A stretch of 64,000 bases of DNA from Actinomycetes bacterium (GTDB lineage: Bacteria; Actinomycetota; Actinomycetes; Jiangellales; Jiangellaceae), in the NCBI GenBank assembly GCA_021793295.1, contig JAJYTA010000004.1, positions 442 to 64,441 of the forward strand, in the 5' to 3' direction. The translations under genes were made by a program, and so were the position numbers. Under the pieces are notes generated by a model that was given only the letters and a program-made list of their open reading frames with translations, was not told where the DNA came from and did not search any database. Shown piece after piece: positions 31,626 through 41,312 of the stretch. Position 1 is the first letter of the stretch; each line of letters opens with the position of its first letter.

Positions 31626-32809
31626 ACCGCACCGGCCCCGCGTAGCTCGGCGATCTCAGTGGCGGTGTAGCCAAGATCACCGAGCACCTCGTCGGTGTCC
31701 GCGCCGTGGGCGCGCCCGGTCCACCGCACCTCGCCCGGCGTCGCGGACATCCGGAACAACACGTTCTGCATGGCCACCGGCCCCAGATCGTCGTCGTCCA
31801 TGGTCACGACGGTGCCGAGCGCGGCCAGCTGCGGGTCGGCGACGACGTCGGAGGCGTCGTACACCGGCGCGACCGCAGCCTGCGCTTCCTCGAAGGCTTC
31901 GACCACCTCGGCCCGGGTCCGTTCGGCCACCCACGCGGCGACTGCGGCGTCGAGCTCCTCGACGTGCTGGGCCCGGCCGGCACCCGTGGCGAACCATGGT
32001 TCGTCCACCAGCTCCGGCCGGCCGACCAGGCGCATCACTCGCTCGGCGATGCTCTGCGAGCTGGTGGACACCGCGACCCAGCGCCCGTCCCGAGTGCGGT
32101 ACGTGTTGCGCGGCGCGTTGTTCACCGAGCGGTTCCCGGTGCGCGGCTGAATGGTCCGCAACTGGTCCCAGCGGGTGATCTGCGGGCCGAGGACCGACAG
32201 CATCGGCTCGATGATCGAGAGGTCGACCACCTGGCCCGCGCCGGTCCGCGACCTGGCCTGCAACGCGGCGGTCACCGCGAACGCCGTCGCGAGCGCGGTG
32301 ATGCCGTCGGCCAGGCCGAACGGCGGCAGAGTCGGTGGGCCGTCCGGTTCCCCGGTCATCGCCGCGAATCCGCTCATCGCCTCGGCGAGCGTGCCGAACC
32401 CGGGCCGGCGCCGGTACGGGCCGACCTGGCCGAAGCCGGTGACACGGGCCAGCACCAGGCCGGGGTTGTCCGCCGACAACTGGTCGTAGCCGAGGTTCCA
32501 GCGCTCCAACGTGTCCGGCCGGAAGTTCTCGATCACCACGTCGGACTGTGCGGCAAGCCGCAGGAACACCTCCCGGCCGCCGGGCTGGGACAGATCGGCG
32601 GTGACCGTCCGCTTGTTCCGCCCGAGCGTCTTCCACCACAGGTTGTGGCCGTCCTTGGCTGGTCCGTGCCCGCGGGACGGGTCCGGCCGGCGCGGATGCT
32701 CGACCTTCACGACGTCGGCGCCCATGTCGCCCAGATGCATCGCCGCGATCGGCCCGGCGAACAGCGTCGCCGCGTCCACGACGCGGATGCCCTCCAACGG
32801 CCCGCTCAC
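31622..32809 (-). CDS. Family III (CaiB/BaiF) CoA-transferase
   Basis: GADVVKVE, ENFRP, GFGQ and LAD catalytic region. Confidence 0.93.
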   Translation of the reverse strand: MSGPLEGIRVVDAATLFAGPIAAMHLGDMGADVVKVEHPRRPDPSRGHGPAKDGHNLWWKTLGRNKRTVTADLSQPGGREVFLRLAAQSDVVIENFRPDTLERWNLGYDQLSADNPGLVLARVTGFGQVGPYRRRPGFGTLAEAMSGFAAMTGEPDGPPTLPPFGLADGITALATAFAVTAALQARSRTGAGQVVDLSIIEPMLSVLGPQITRWDQLRTIQPRTGNRSVNNAPRNTYRTRDGRWVAVSTSSQSIAERVMRLVGRPELVDEPWFATGAGRAQHVEELDAAVAAWVAERTRAEVVEAFEEAQAAVAPVYDASDVVADPQLAALGTVVTMDDDDLGPVAMQNVLFRMSATPGEVRWTGRAHGADTDEVLGDLGYTATEIAELRGAGAV

Positions 32810-33726
32810 CGGCCCACCTCCGCGGCATCGAGGAAGGCGTCGATCTCGGCGCGGCCCGGCATCGACGACGATGCACCGAACCGCTGGACCGACAGCGCGG
32901 CCGCAGCGGAGGCGCGGCGCAGCGAGGCGGACCAGTCCACGCCTTCGGCGAGCCCGACCGCGAGGACGCCGGCGAAGGTGTCCCCGGCCGCGGTGGTGTC
33001 GACTGCGTCGACGGCGAACGGCGGCACTCGGCGCACCGTAGGCTGATCGGCCGCGCTGACGTGCAGCGCACCCGAGCGGCCCAGCGTGATGACGACGTCA
33101 CGACCACCGGCGGCCAAGCTGCGAGCCGCCGCGTCCGCAGCACCGGCGCCGGTCAGCAGCGCCGCCTCGTGCTCGTTCGGGACCAGGACGTCGACCGCGG
33201 CGAGCAGCGAGTCCGGCAGGGGAACCGCCGGCGCCGGGGTGAGAACGGTACGCACACCACGTTCTCGGGCATATGTCGCGGCCGCGCCGACGACCGCCAG
33301 CGGCAGTTCGAGCTGGAGCAGGAGCAGGTCGGCGGCCTCGATACCCGCCCGATGGTCCTCGGTGAGAGAGCTGACCGTGCCGTTGGCTCCGGGAACGACG
33401 ACGATCGAGTTGTCGCCGGCCGCGTCGACGACGATGTGCGCGGTCCCGGTCGGCTGGTCGACAGTGGCCAGCCCGGACACGTCGATACCCGCATCGCGCA
33501 GGAGGTTGGTGATCCGACGCCCGTGCTCGTCGTCGCCGACCGCACCGAGAAACGTCACCGTGCCACCGGCTCGGGCCGCCGCCAGCGCCTGGTTGGCACC
33601 CTTGCCACCGGGAACGGTGTGCAACGAATGTCCCGGGACGGTCTCGCCCCGCTGCGGCGCCCGGTCGACGGTGACGACCAGGTCCATGTTGGCGCTGCCG
33701 AGAACCGCGATTCTGCCGCCGCTCAC
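32806..33726 (-). CDS. rbsK: Ribokinase (PfkB family)
   Basis: GSANMD, GGKGANQA, PNEHE and DTTAAGDTF motifs. Confidence 0.9.
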   Translation of the reverse strand: MSGGRIAVLGSANMDLVVTVDRAPQRGETVPGHSLHTVPGGKGANQALAAARAGGTVTFLGAVGDDEHGRRITNLLRDAGIDVSGLATVDQPTGTAHIVVDAAGDNSIVVVPGANGTVSSLTEDHRAGIEAADLLLLQLELPLAVVGAAATYARERGVRTVLTPAPAVPLPDSLLAAVDVLVPNEHEAALLTGAGAADAAARSLAAGGRDVVITLGRSGALHVSAADQPTVRRVPPFAVDAVDTTAAGDTFAGVLAVGLAEGVDWSASLRRASAAAALSVQRFGASSSMPGRAEIDAFLDAAEVGR

Positions 33727-35033
33727 TGGCGTATCTCCCTTCGCTCGGCGACCGCGAGCGTCCGGCGGGCCAGTGCGTCGAACCCGATGCCGTCGAATCC
33801 GCTCAGCGTGGAGGTCACCCGATTGCGCAGCGGCGCCGTCCAGCGTTGCGGCAACCCGGACGCGCCGGTCAGCGCGCCGGTGATCGAGCCGACCGTCGCA
33901 CCGTTCGAGTCGGTGTCCCAGCCGCCGCTGACGACGGCGGTGATCGAGCGCTCGAAGTCGCCCGCGCCGTACACGAGCGCAGCGACGACCAGTGCGGCGT
34001 TGTTCAGCACGTGGACCCAGTGCAGGTGCCCGTAGCGTTGCTCGATCGCATCGACGACGGCCTCGAAGTCGCCGTGCCGGCCCGGCAGCGCCCGGGCGAA
34101 CCGCACGGCCTCGGCGTACCGGGAGGACGCAGGGACGACGGACAACCCGGTGTCGAGTACGTCGTCGACCGACGAGGCCACCACTGCGCTTGCGCAGGCC
34201 GCAGCGACGAACATCTCGCCGTACACGCCGTTGCGGGTGTGACTGAGCACGGCGTCGCGCCAGGCCAGCTCGGCGGCCCGAGCCGGGTCACCGGGACACG
34301 CCCAGCCGAACACGTCACCGCGGATCTGCGCGCCGATCCAGTCCCGGAACGGGTTGCGCACCCGCGCGGTCTGCGGTGGGACGTGACCAAGAAGGAGGTT
34401 GCGGTAGGCCACTCGCTCGGCGGTGAACACCCGCCCGGCCGGCAACTCGAGCAGCCAGCTCTCGGCGACGTCCTCGGTGGTCACCTCCGTCCCGTGCGCT
34501 TCCAGCAGAGCGAGGTTGAGCATCGGGAAGTTGAGGTCGTCGTCCTCGGGCATGCCGTCGATGTTCTCGGCCAGGCTGGTCGGCGCGCTGCGTCGGTTCC
34601 AGGGCCACCGTGCGGCGACCTCGTCGGGTAGTCCCACGGCGGTGAACCAGTCGTCGAGCGGCCATCGCCCGGTCGCTTCGAGGATCTCGCGGATGCCCCG
34701 GCGCGGGATCTTCTCGACCGGCTTGCCGAGCAGGCAGCCGGCCGCCCGGCCCAGCCACGCACCGTGTACCCGGTCGTAGGAAGTGGCGGCGTCCGGCCCG
34801 GGATGCACCGGCTGAGTCACCGCGCGAATGGCGTCGAAGTCCGTCGGCTCGGACTCGTCATAGACAGACCGCCGAGCGTCGATCTCGTCGAGCAGGTCCG
34901 CGGCGACCACGCTGCGATCATCGGTCGTCGCGTCCCAGCGCGACCGCAGCCCCGCCACGTCCACGCCGTCCTCGTCGGCCTGGGCGAACGCGTGCTCGAC
35001 GAGCTCATCCGGCCGCACCCAGGTGAGCTGCAT
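33723..35033 (-). CDS. ADP-ribosylglycohydrolase-fold protein D (N-terminal extension)
   Basis: AGCLLGKPVE, EDDDLN, GWDTDSNGAT. Confidence 0.88.
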   Translation of the reverse strand: MQLTWVRPDELVEHAFAQADEDGVDVAGLRSRWDATTDDRSVVAADLLDEIDARRSVYDESEPTDFDAIRAVTQPVHPGPDAATSYDRVHGAWLGRAAGCLLGKPVEKIPRRGIREILEATGRWPLDDWFTAVGLPDEVAARWPWNRRSAPTSLAENIDGMPEDDDLNFPMLNLALLEAHGTEVTTEDVAESWLLELPAGRVFTAERVAYRNLLLGHVPPQTARVRNPFRDWIGAQIRGDVFGWACPGDPARAAELAWRDAVLSHTRNGVYGEMFVAAACASAVVASSVDDVLDTGLSVVPASSRYAEAVRFARALPGRHGDFEAVVDAIEQRYGHLHWVHVLNNAALVVAALVYGAGDFERSITAVVSGGWDTDSNGATVGSITGALTGASGLPQRWTAPLRNRVTSTLSGFDGIGFDALARRTLAVAERREIRQ

Positions 35034-36181
35034 CAGTGCATCAGCTCCTCGAACGCCGCATCGGCGGCAGCTGTCCGGGCACGATCGGCGGCCCGGATCT
35101 CCATCGCCACGGCCGCCAGCCGCTCCCCCGGTGCGACCAGGTCGGTCCGGCTGGCGCTCGCGACGGCGTCGCACAGGTCGGCGGGCACGGCCGAGCGCCC
35201 GCCCAGCGTCCCGGCGATGGCGCCGGCCATCGTGGCGATCGAGTCGGAGTCGCGCCCGTAGTTGACCCCGCCGAGCACGGCGTCCCGCCAGTCACCGCCG
35301 GCGATGGCCAGCATGGCCAGCGCTATCGGCAGCTCCTCGATGGCATGCAGCCGGCTCGGCCGCCGGGCACCGAGGCCCTGATCGCGGTAGTCCTCCCCCA
35401 CCGTGTCGTACGGCGCGACGGCCCGCCGGAGCTTGCCCGATTCGACCGCCTCGGTCCAGTGCCCGATGGACGCCGTGGCCTCGAGCACGGCGTCGATCGC
35501 CGCTCGGGTGCCGTCCTTGGCCAGCCGGCTGGCGGTCGAGAGAACGTCATCGATCGTCGCCCGAGGTGCGGCGGCAGCGGCGACACAGGCCGCCATGACA
35601 CCGGCCGCCTCGCGGCCGTACGACGACTGGTGCGCGCCGGCGACATCGATGGCCTCGGCGTATGCGCCGTCCGGATCGGCGGCGTTCACAATGCCGACCG
35701 GCGCGATGTACATCGCCGCGCCGCAGTTCACCGCATTGCCGACGCCCGCCTCGCGCGGATCGGCGTGCCCCCAGTGCAGCCGCAGCGCGATGTACTTCTC
35801 GGCGAGGAATACCCGCTGCAGGGGCAGCGCCCGGGCTTCGAGTTCGGGGATCCACGTCTCGCGGCCGATCATCAGCGGCACCAGACGCTCCGCCACGTCG
35901 TACGCACTGAGGTGGGAACGGGCCTGTTCGTACACCTCGACGAGCAGGTGGGTCATCAGGGTGTCGTCGGTGACGTGCCCGTCGCCCTTGTGGTACGGCG
36001 CGATCGGGCGAGCGGTCTTCCAGTCCTCGAAGTAGGGGGGAACGATGCCCTCCACCCAGCCGCCCCAGCGCTGCCGGATCTGCTGCGGTGACCAACCCTC
36101 CGTCGCTCCCCCGAGTGCATCACCAACGGCGGCGCCGGTCAGGCAGCCGACCGCGCGGTCCACGAGCGCGTTATCGGTCAC
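35033..36181 (-). CDS. ADP-ribosylglycohydrolase-fold protein C
   Basis: GDALG, TDDT, GRDSDS; GTG 36181 overlaps upstream stop. Confidence 0.9.
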   Translation of the reverse strand: MTDNALVDRAVGCLTGAAVGDALGGATEGWSPQQIRQRWGGWVEGIVPPYFEDWKTARPIAPYHKGDGHVTDDTLMTHLLVEVYEQARSHLSAYDVAERLVPLMIGRETWIPELEARALPLQRVFLAEKYIALRLHWGHADPREAGVGNAVNCGAAMYIAPVGIVNAADPDGAYAEAIDVAGAHQSSYGREAAGVMAACVAAAAAPRATIDDVLSTASRLAKDGTRAAIDAVLEATASIGHWTEAVESGKLRRAVAPYDTVGEDYRDQGLGARRPSRLHAIEELPIALAMLAIAGGDWRDAVLGGVNYGRDSDSIATMAGAIAGTLGGRSAVPADLCDAVASASRTDLVAPGERLAAVAMEIRAADRARTAAADAAFEELMH

Positions 36182-37236
36182 GAATCGCTCTCTCCCCTCC
36201 ATGCGGCCAGCTGCCGCGCCAGTTTCACCAGATCTGTTCCAGCGAGGTCCCCTGTGCAACACCCCGCCAGCCATCGGCACCGGGCTACCCAACCGGCCGG
36301 CCAGGAGTCCGCACCGCAGGCCGCCCCGACCAGCGCACCGGTCAACGCCGGTGCGCTGTCGGCGAGCGCCGGCAGGCACACCGCCGCCGTCACCGCGTCG
36401 ATCGGCGCCCCGCGCGATCGCTCGTTGACCTGTGCCAACGCGAGAGCGACCGGGACGGTTTGGGCCGCTGCCACGCCGTAGCTGTAGACGTGATCGACCA
36501 GCTCGGCGAGCGCGGGGACGGCTTCGGCGGGCGAGCCGGCCCGGGCGGTCGCTGCCAGCGCACGTTCGGTCGTCTCCGCCAGCAGCCCGTTCGACGGGAG
36601 CCGGGACGCAGCAGCGGTCCACGACGCCACGAGCGGCTCCCCCGCGATCAGCCGGGCGACCGTCTCGGCGATCACCTGTGCGGCGGCCACCCCGTCGTCG
36701 GCGTTGGTCACTTCGGCGTCCCACCCCGCCACCTGCGCGGCGCGTGCCGGGTCCGGAACGGCCGCGGCGATCGCGACCGCGCGGATCGCCGCGGCGTCGT
36801 CGAAATGATGCGGGTTGTCGTGCCCGCTGACGGGCGGATCGATGCCGCGCCGAAGCGAGTCGGCTGCGGTGGCGACGCTGATCCGGCCGCGAGGCAACGC
36901 TTCGTCCAGCGCGGCTCGGCGCCAGCCCGCGTGCACACCGGCGCGGGTGATCGGCCCGGCGGAGTCGAGCAGCCACCGGGCCGTCCACGCTGCCCATTCC
37001 GCGTCGTCGCTGGGCCCCAGTCGCAGCGGCTGCGTCGGCTGGTTCAACGAGAACGGCACCGGAAGCGTCGTGACCTGCTCGGTCTCGGAGAACTCCACCA
37101 GCTCGCGGTGCAGGCGACGAGTCCACGGCGGGAGCAGGTGCGCCCGGTGCCGCACCGATGGCCACCCCGCCGCGTCACCGATGGCCAGCCCGAGCAAGGC
37201 CCCGGCGACCCGATCTGGTTCCGTCCGAGCGCTCAC
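36178..37236 (-). CDS. ADP-ribosylglycohydrolase-fold protein B (degenerate C-terminal motif)
   Basis: GDAAG and SDDAE present; LADSA replaces DxD[TS]. Confidence 0.85.
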   Translation of the reverse strand: MSARTEPDRVAGALLGLAIGDAAGWPSVRHRAHLLPPWTRRLHRELVEFSETEQVTTLPVPFSLNQPTQPLRLGPSDDAEWAAWTARWLLDSAGPITRAGVHAGWRRAALDEALPRGRISVATAADSLRRGIDPPVSGHDNPHHFDDAAAIRAVAIAAAVPDPARAAQVAGWDAEVTNADDGVAAAQVIAETVARLIAGEPLVASWTAAASRLPSNGLLAETTERALAATARAGSPAEAVPALAELVDHVYSYGVAAAQTVPVALALAQVNERSRGAPIDAVTAAVCLPALADSAPALTGALVGAACGADSWPAGWVARCRWLAGCCTGDLAGTDLVKLARQLAAWRGESDS

Positions 37237-38183
37237 GCCGAGACCCCCGCACGCTCGGTCAGGCGGTCAGCGAGGTCCAGCGGATGCCATCCGGCCACCA
37301 CCGGCCCCAGGCACCGGCCGGACACCGGTCCGATGAGCGCCTGCCACGCCGCCGGGACAGCACCGAGCCCGCCATGAGCACCCGCCAAGGCGCCGGCGAT
37401 GGCCGCGGTCGTGTCGGCGTCGCGCCCCATCGCCACCGCACCCGGGACGGCCGCGGCGAACTCGCCCTCGGCGGCGAGGAAGGCCGCGAACGCCAGCGCG
37501 ATCGCCTCCGGGCCGAGGTCGGTCCACGGGTACTGCGACACCACGACGGCATCGAGCAGGGCAGCTGTGTCGCCGGCGTGGGCCACCGACGCCGCCAGCG
37601 ACCGGGCCGTCCAGGAGTCGGCGGGAACGGCGCGCCGGGCATGATCGACGATCTCGCCCGGTTCGGCCCCGCCCATCGCCGCCGCCACCGCGGCGGCGAC
37701 CGCGACGCCCGCGTGGATGCCTTCGCCGTCGTGGCTGACCGCTCCGTCGACGGCTGCCAGCCGCGCCGCTTCGGCCGGCTCTCCGGCGGCGAAGACACCG
37801 TGGACCGCTGAGCGCATCGCCAGCCCATCGCTCCAGGAGTGCAGGTGCCGGCCGCTGGCCGGTGGCCGGATTCCGGCGCGCAAGTTCTCCAGCGTTCCCA
37901 GCTCGCTGAATCCGGCGCCCGGGAAGCCCGCCCGGTCGGCGAGGTGCGTCACCCAGGCATCCGCGACGTGGTCGCTGGTCAGGTCAGGTCCGTGGGTGAG
38001 CAGGAGCAGAGCGCTGAAGGTCGCGTACTCGGTGTCGTCGGTGCCGGCCGGCTCGTCGGTGAGGAACCCGTCGATCCGGCCCCACCGCTCGGCGATCGCC
38101 GCAGCGGTCATGTTCTCCGCCGGGGCGCCCATCGCGTCGCCCACGGCCAACCCGAGCAAGCACCCTTGCGCTCGTTCCCGCAT
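37233..38183 (-). CDS. ADP-ribosylglycohydrolase-fold protein A
   Basis: GDAMG, TDDTE, GRDADT. Confidence 0.92.
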   Translation of the reverse strand: MRERAQGCLLGLAVGDAMGAPAENMTAAAIAERWGRIDGFLTDEPAGTDDTEYATFSALLLLTHGPDLTSDHVADAWVTHLADRAGFPGAGFSELGTLENLRAGIRPPASGRHLHSWSDGLAMRSAVHGVFAAGEPAEAARLAAVDGAVSHDGEGIHAGVAVAAAVAAAMGGAEPGEIVDHARRAVPADSWTARSLAASVAHAGDTAALLDAVVVSQYPWTDLGPEAIALAFAAFLAAEGEFAAAVPGAVAMGRDADTTAAIAGALAGAHGGLGAVPAAWQALIGPVSGRCLGPVVAGWHPLDLADRLTERAGVSA

Positions 38184-38196
38184 GCTCGCACCCGCC

Positions 38197-39489
38197 TCAG
38201 CGCTGGTATCGCTCGAGGATCGCGTTGCCCTCGTCGACGAGCTTCGAGCCGAGGTCGTCCATCGACAGCGAGTTGGCGAAGAACTCCTCGATCGCGGGGT
38301 TGGCGACCTTGTTCTTCCACTCCTCGTAGCCGCGCACCGTCTGGAACGGCGCCTGCTCGAGGATCGCGCCGGAGGCTGCAGCGACCGGCCAGTCCGGGGT
38401 CTCGGTCAGCACCTCGTTCTCAGCGGCGCCCTCGCTGGCCGGGATCATCCAGTCGCCCTTGGCCAGCGTCGCCTGGTTCTCGGCATTGAGCAGATACTCC
38501 AAGAAGGCCATCGCTTCCTCGGGGTGCTCGGTCTCCGCCGCGATCGACACGGTCTGCGGCGCCGCCGCCTGCGTCTGCGACTCGCCCTTCAGGGCCGGGA
38601 TCGTGACCCATTCGAAGCCCTCCGGCGCCTGGTCCATGATCTGCTGACGGAACCAGATGCCCTTGGGGAGCAGCGCGTACTGCCCGTCGAAGAAGCCGGG
38701 CAACGGGTCCGAACCGCCCATGCCGATGGCTTCGGGAGCGGCGGACTGGTCCACGTACAACTGGTCGTGGATGCGCTGGAGGACCTCCTTCTCCGCATCA
38801 CCGAACACCACCTCGCTGGCGCCGTCGGATTCGGTGAAGAACTCCCCGCCGAAGTTGAGCGCGAGGTTGAGGATGCGGTTCGCCGGGTCCTTCAGCGTCC
38901 ATGCCACCCCGTAGGTGTCGGCATCGGTGAGCTTGCGTGAGATCTCGGCGAACTCGTCCCAGGTCCATGGGTCGTCGGGAGCCGGAACCTCGATTCCGGC
39001 CTGGTCGAGCAGCGCCTTGTTGGCGAAGATCACCTGCGCGTCGAGCAGGAACGGCACCGCGTAGACGGAGTCGTCGAAGGTCACTGCGTCCCACGCGCCG
39101 TCGCGGATGTCGTCCTTCATCTCGTCGGAGATCATGTCGGTGAGGTCGAGCAGCCAGCCGCGGTCGGCGAAGTCCTGCAGGTAGGAGGACTCGTAATGCA
39201 CCAGATCCGGTGCTGTGCCGCCTTCGAACGCCGTCACCAATTGGTCTTGCACCGACGCCCAGTCACCCTGCAGGTACTCCACCTGGATGTCAGGGTGGTC
39301 GGCGTTCCACTGCTCGATGATCTCCTTGTTGGCTTCGATCGATTCCGGCTGGAATGCCAGGGCTTGGAAGGTGAGCTGGACGGGGCCGTCATCGGTACCG
39401 GAGCTGTCTCCGGCGCCGCAGGCCGCGAGCACAAGACCGGTGCTCATCGCCGCGGTCACGACGGTCGCTCTGCGCACGATGCTCTTCAC
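38197..39489 (-). CDS. Carbohydrate ABC substrate-binding lipoprotein
   Basis: GTG 39489 after GGAGG, lipobox LAAC, CUT1-type fold. Confidence 0.92.
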   Translation of the reverse strand: MKSIVRRATVVTAAMSTGLVLAACGAGDSSGTDDGPVQLTFQALAFQPESIEANKEIIEQWNADHPDIQVEYLQGDWASVQDQLVTAFEGGTAPDLVHYESSYLQDFADRGWLLDLTDMISDEMKDDIRDGAWDAVTFDDSVYAVPFLLDAQVIFANKALLDQAGIEVPAPDDPWTWDEFAEISRKLTDADTYGVAWTLKDPANRILNLALNFGGEFFTESDGASEVVFGDAEKEVLQRIHDQLYVDQSAAPEAIGMGGSDPLPGFFDGQYALLPKGIWFRQQIMDQAPEGFEWVTIPALKGESQTQAAAPQTVSIAAETEHPEEAMAFLEYLLNAENQATLAKGDWMIPASEGAAENEVLTETPDWPVAAASGAILEQAPFQTVRGYEEWKNKVANPAIEEFFANSLSMDDLGSKLVDEGNAILERYQR

Positions 39490-39527
39490 GGTTGTCCTCC
39501 TGAACGAGGGTTCGAACGGACAGGTCT

Positions 39528-40364
39528 TCATGACTTCACCGCACCGCCGAGCAGCCCCCCGACGAGGCGCCGCTGGATGATCGCGAAGAAGACGAGGCTG
39601 GGAATGGTCGCCACCAGCGCGGCCGCGGCGAGCGGACCGAGCCGGGCGACCCCGTCGGCGCCGATGAACTTCACCAGCGTCAGCGAAATGGTCTGGAGCT
39701 CGGGCGTGCGCAGGAGCACCAGCGCGAACAGGAATTCGTTCCAGGCCGACACGAACGCGAACATCGCCGCGGCCACCACACCCGGTACGAGCAACGGCGC
39801 CACCACTTCCCGCAACGCCCGCAGCTTGCCGGCTCCGTCGATCGCCGCCGCCTCCTCGAGCTCGACCGGAATGCCGCTGACGTAGCTGCGCAGCATCCAC
39901 AGCGCGAACGGCATGCTCCAGACGACGTACACGATGATCAGGCCGAGCTGGGTGTCGTACAGACCGGCGTTCCGCAGGACCAGGAACAGCGGGATGATGA
40001 CGAGGATGAACGGGAACAGCTGGCTGAGCAGCACCCACAGCATCGTCAAGCGGCTGACGGCCGACCGGTACCGAGCCATCACGTAGGCCGCCGGGATGGA
40101 CAGGACCACGGTGATCAACGCCGAGGTGCCGGCCACGACGACGGTGTTCAGCAGCGCGCGGGCGATGGGTTGCTGCTCGAAGGCGACCCGGAAGTTCTCC
40201 AGCGTGGGGTTCTCCGGGATGATCGTGGGCTCGATCCGAGCGATCTCCGGTGGTGTCTTCAACGCCGTGGAGAGCAGCCACAGCAACGGGAAGGCGAGAA
40301 AGACCAGGTAGGCGATCAGCGCCACGTACTTGCCGGGGGTGGACAGAGAGCGGAGCACGCGCAT
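39528..40364 (-). CDS. Carbohydrate ABC permease (MalG-like)
   Basis: ELEEAAAIDGA EAA loop, WNEFLFA. Confidence 0.93.
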   Translation of the reverse strand: MRVLRSLSTPGKYVALIAYLVFLAFPLLWLLSTALKTPPEIARIEPTIIPENPTLENFRVAFEQQPIARALLNTVVVAGTSALITVVLSIPAAYVMARYRSAVSRLTMLWVLLSQLFPFILVIIPLFLVLRNAGLYDTQLGLIIVYVVWSMPFALWMLRSYVSGIPVELEEAAAIDGAGKLRALREVVAPLLVPGVVAAAMFAFVSAWNEFLFALVLLRTPELQTISLTLVKFIGADGVARLGPLAAAALVATIPSLVFFAIIQRRLVGGLLGGAVKS

Positions 40365-40367
40365 GAT

Positions 40368-41312
40368 TCAGTCCGCCTCCTTCAGCCGGCGACGCAGGTA
40401 GAGCACGACGAACACGGCCATGACGATGACCATGGCGTTGCCCAACGCCGCCGCGTACGCGTAGTTGCCGTACCGGAACGCCTCCTCGTAGGCGAAGAGC
40501 AACGGCAGCCGGGTGGCGCCGCCGGGACCGCCCTGGGTGAGGACGTACACCAGGCCGAAGGAGTTGAAGTTCCAGATGAAGTCCAGCGTCGTCATCGCGA
40601 ACGCCACCGGCCGCAGCGCGGGCCAGGTCACCGCGCGGAAGCGCTGCCAGGCATTCGCCCCGTCCACGGCCGCCGCCTCGACCAGTTCGGTCCGCACGCT
40701 CTGCAGCCCGGCGAGCAGAACGACTGTGGTCTGCGGCATCCCGGCCCAGACGCCGACGACGATGACCGCGGGCAGCGCCAGCGACAGCGACGTCAACCAC
40801 TCGACGTTCGAGTCGATGACGCCGAGGTCTTTGAGGACGCTGTTCAGGATGCCCGCGTTCGGGTGATACACCAGCCGCCACATGATGCCGATGACCACCT
40901 GGGGCATCGCCCACGGGACGATGGCGAGCGTCCGCGCCAACCAGCGCATCCGGATTCGCTGATTGAGCAGCAGCGCCAGCCCCAAGCTGGCGAAGAACTG
41001 CAGGATCGTCACCCCGAACGCCCAGACCAGGCCGATCCGGAACGACTCCCAGAAGTAGGAGTCCCCGAGCATGGTCGCGTAGTTGTCCAGCCCGGTGAAC
41101 GAGAACTCCAGGTCTCGGCCGGCGCGGGCGTCGGTGAAACCGAGGTAGATCCCCCGCAGCAGCGGGTACAGGCTGAAGATCACCACCGGGATCAGCGCCG
41201 GGACAGCGAGGAACAGCGCCTCCCGGTTCAGCCCGAGGAACGTCCGCCGGGGCTGCGCGGCGGTGGGCTCGGGTGCCGGTGGCCGAACTGTCGGCGTACG
41301 CGTCGACGTCAT
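40368..41312 (-). CDS. Carbohydrate ABC permease (MalF-like)
   Basis: EAAAVDGA loop, FTGLDNY. Confidence 0.93.
   Translation of the reverse strand: MTSTRTPTVRPPAPEPTAAQPRRTFLGLNREALFLAVPALIPVVIFSLYPLLRGIYLGFTDARAGRDLEFSFTGLDNYATMLGDSYFWESFRIGLVWAFGVTILQFFASLGLALLLNQRIRMRWLARTLAIVPWAMPQVVIGIMWRLVYHPNAGILNSVLKDLGVIDSNVEWLTSLSLALPAVIVVGVWAGMPQTTVVLLAGLQSVRTELVEAAAVDGANAWQRFRAVTWPALRPVAFAMTTLDFIWNFNSFGLVYVLTQGGPGGATRLPLLFAYEEAFRYGNYAYAAALGNAMVIVMAVFVVLYLRRRLKEAD

Noticed and set aside
35033-37165. 710-aa fused ARH ORF from the track
   Set aside because: The first 328 codons overlap ARH-B out of frame; the real start is GTG 36181, coupled to the ARH-B stop.
33723-38183. ARH genes as antitoxins or anti-phage defence
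   Set aside because: No ADP-ribosyltransferase, toxin or defence gene nearby; the context is transport plus catabolism.
38197-40914. 905-aa ORF suggesting a permease-SBP fusion
   Set aside because: The upstream part overlaps the permeases in another frame; the SBP has its own SD, GTG 39489 and lipobox.
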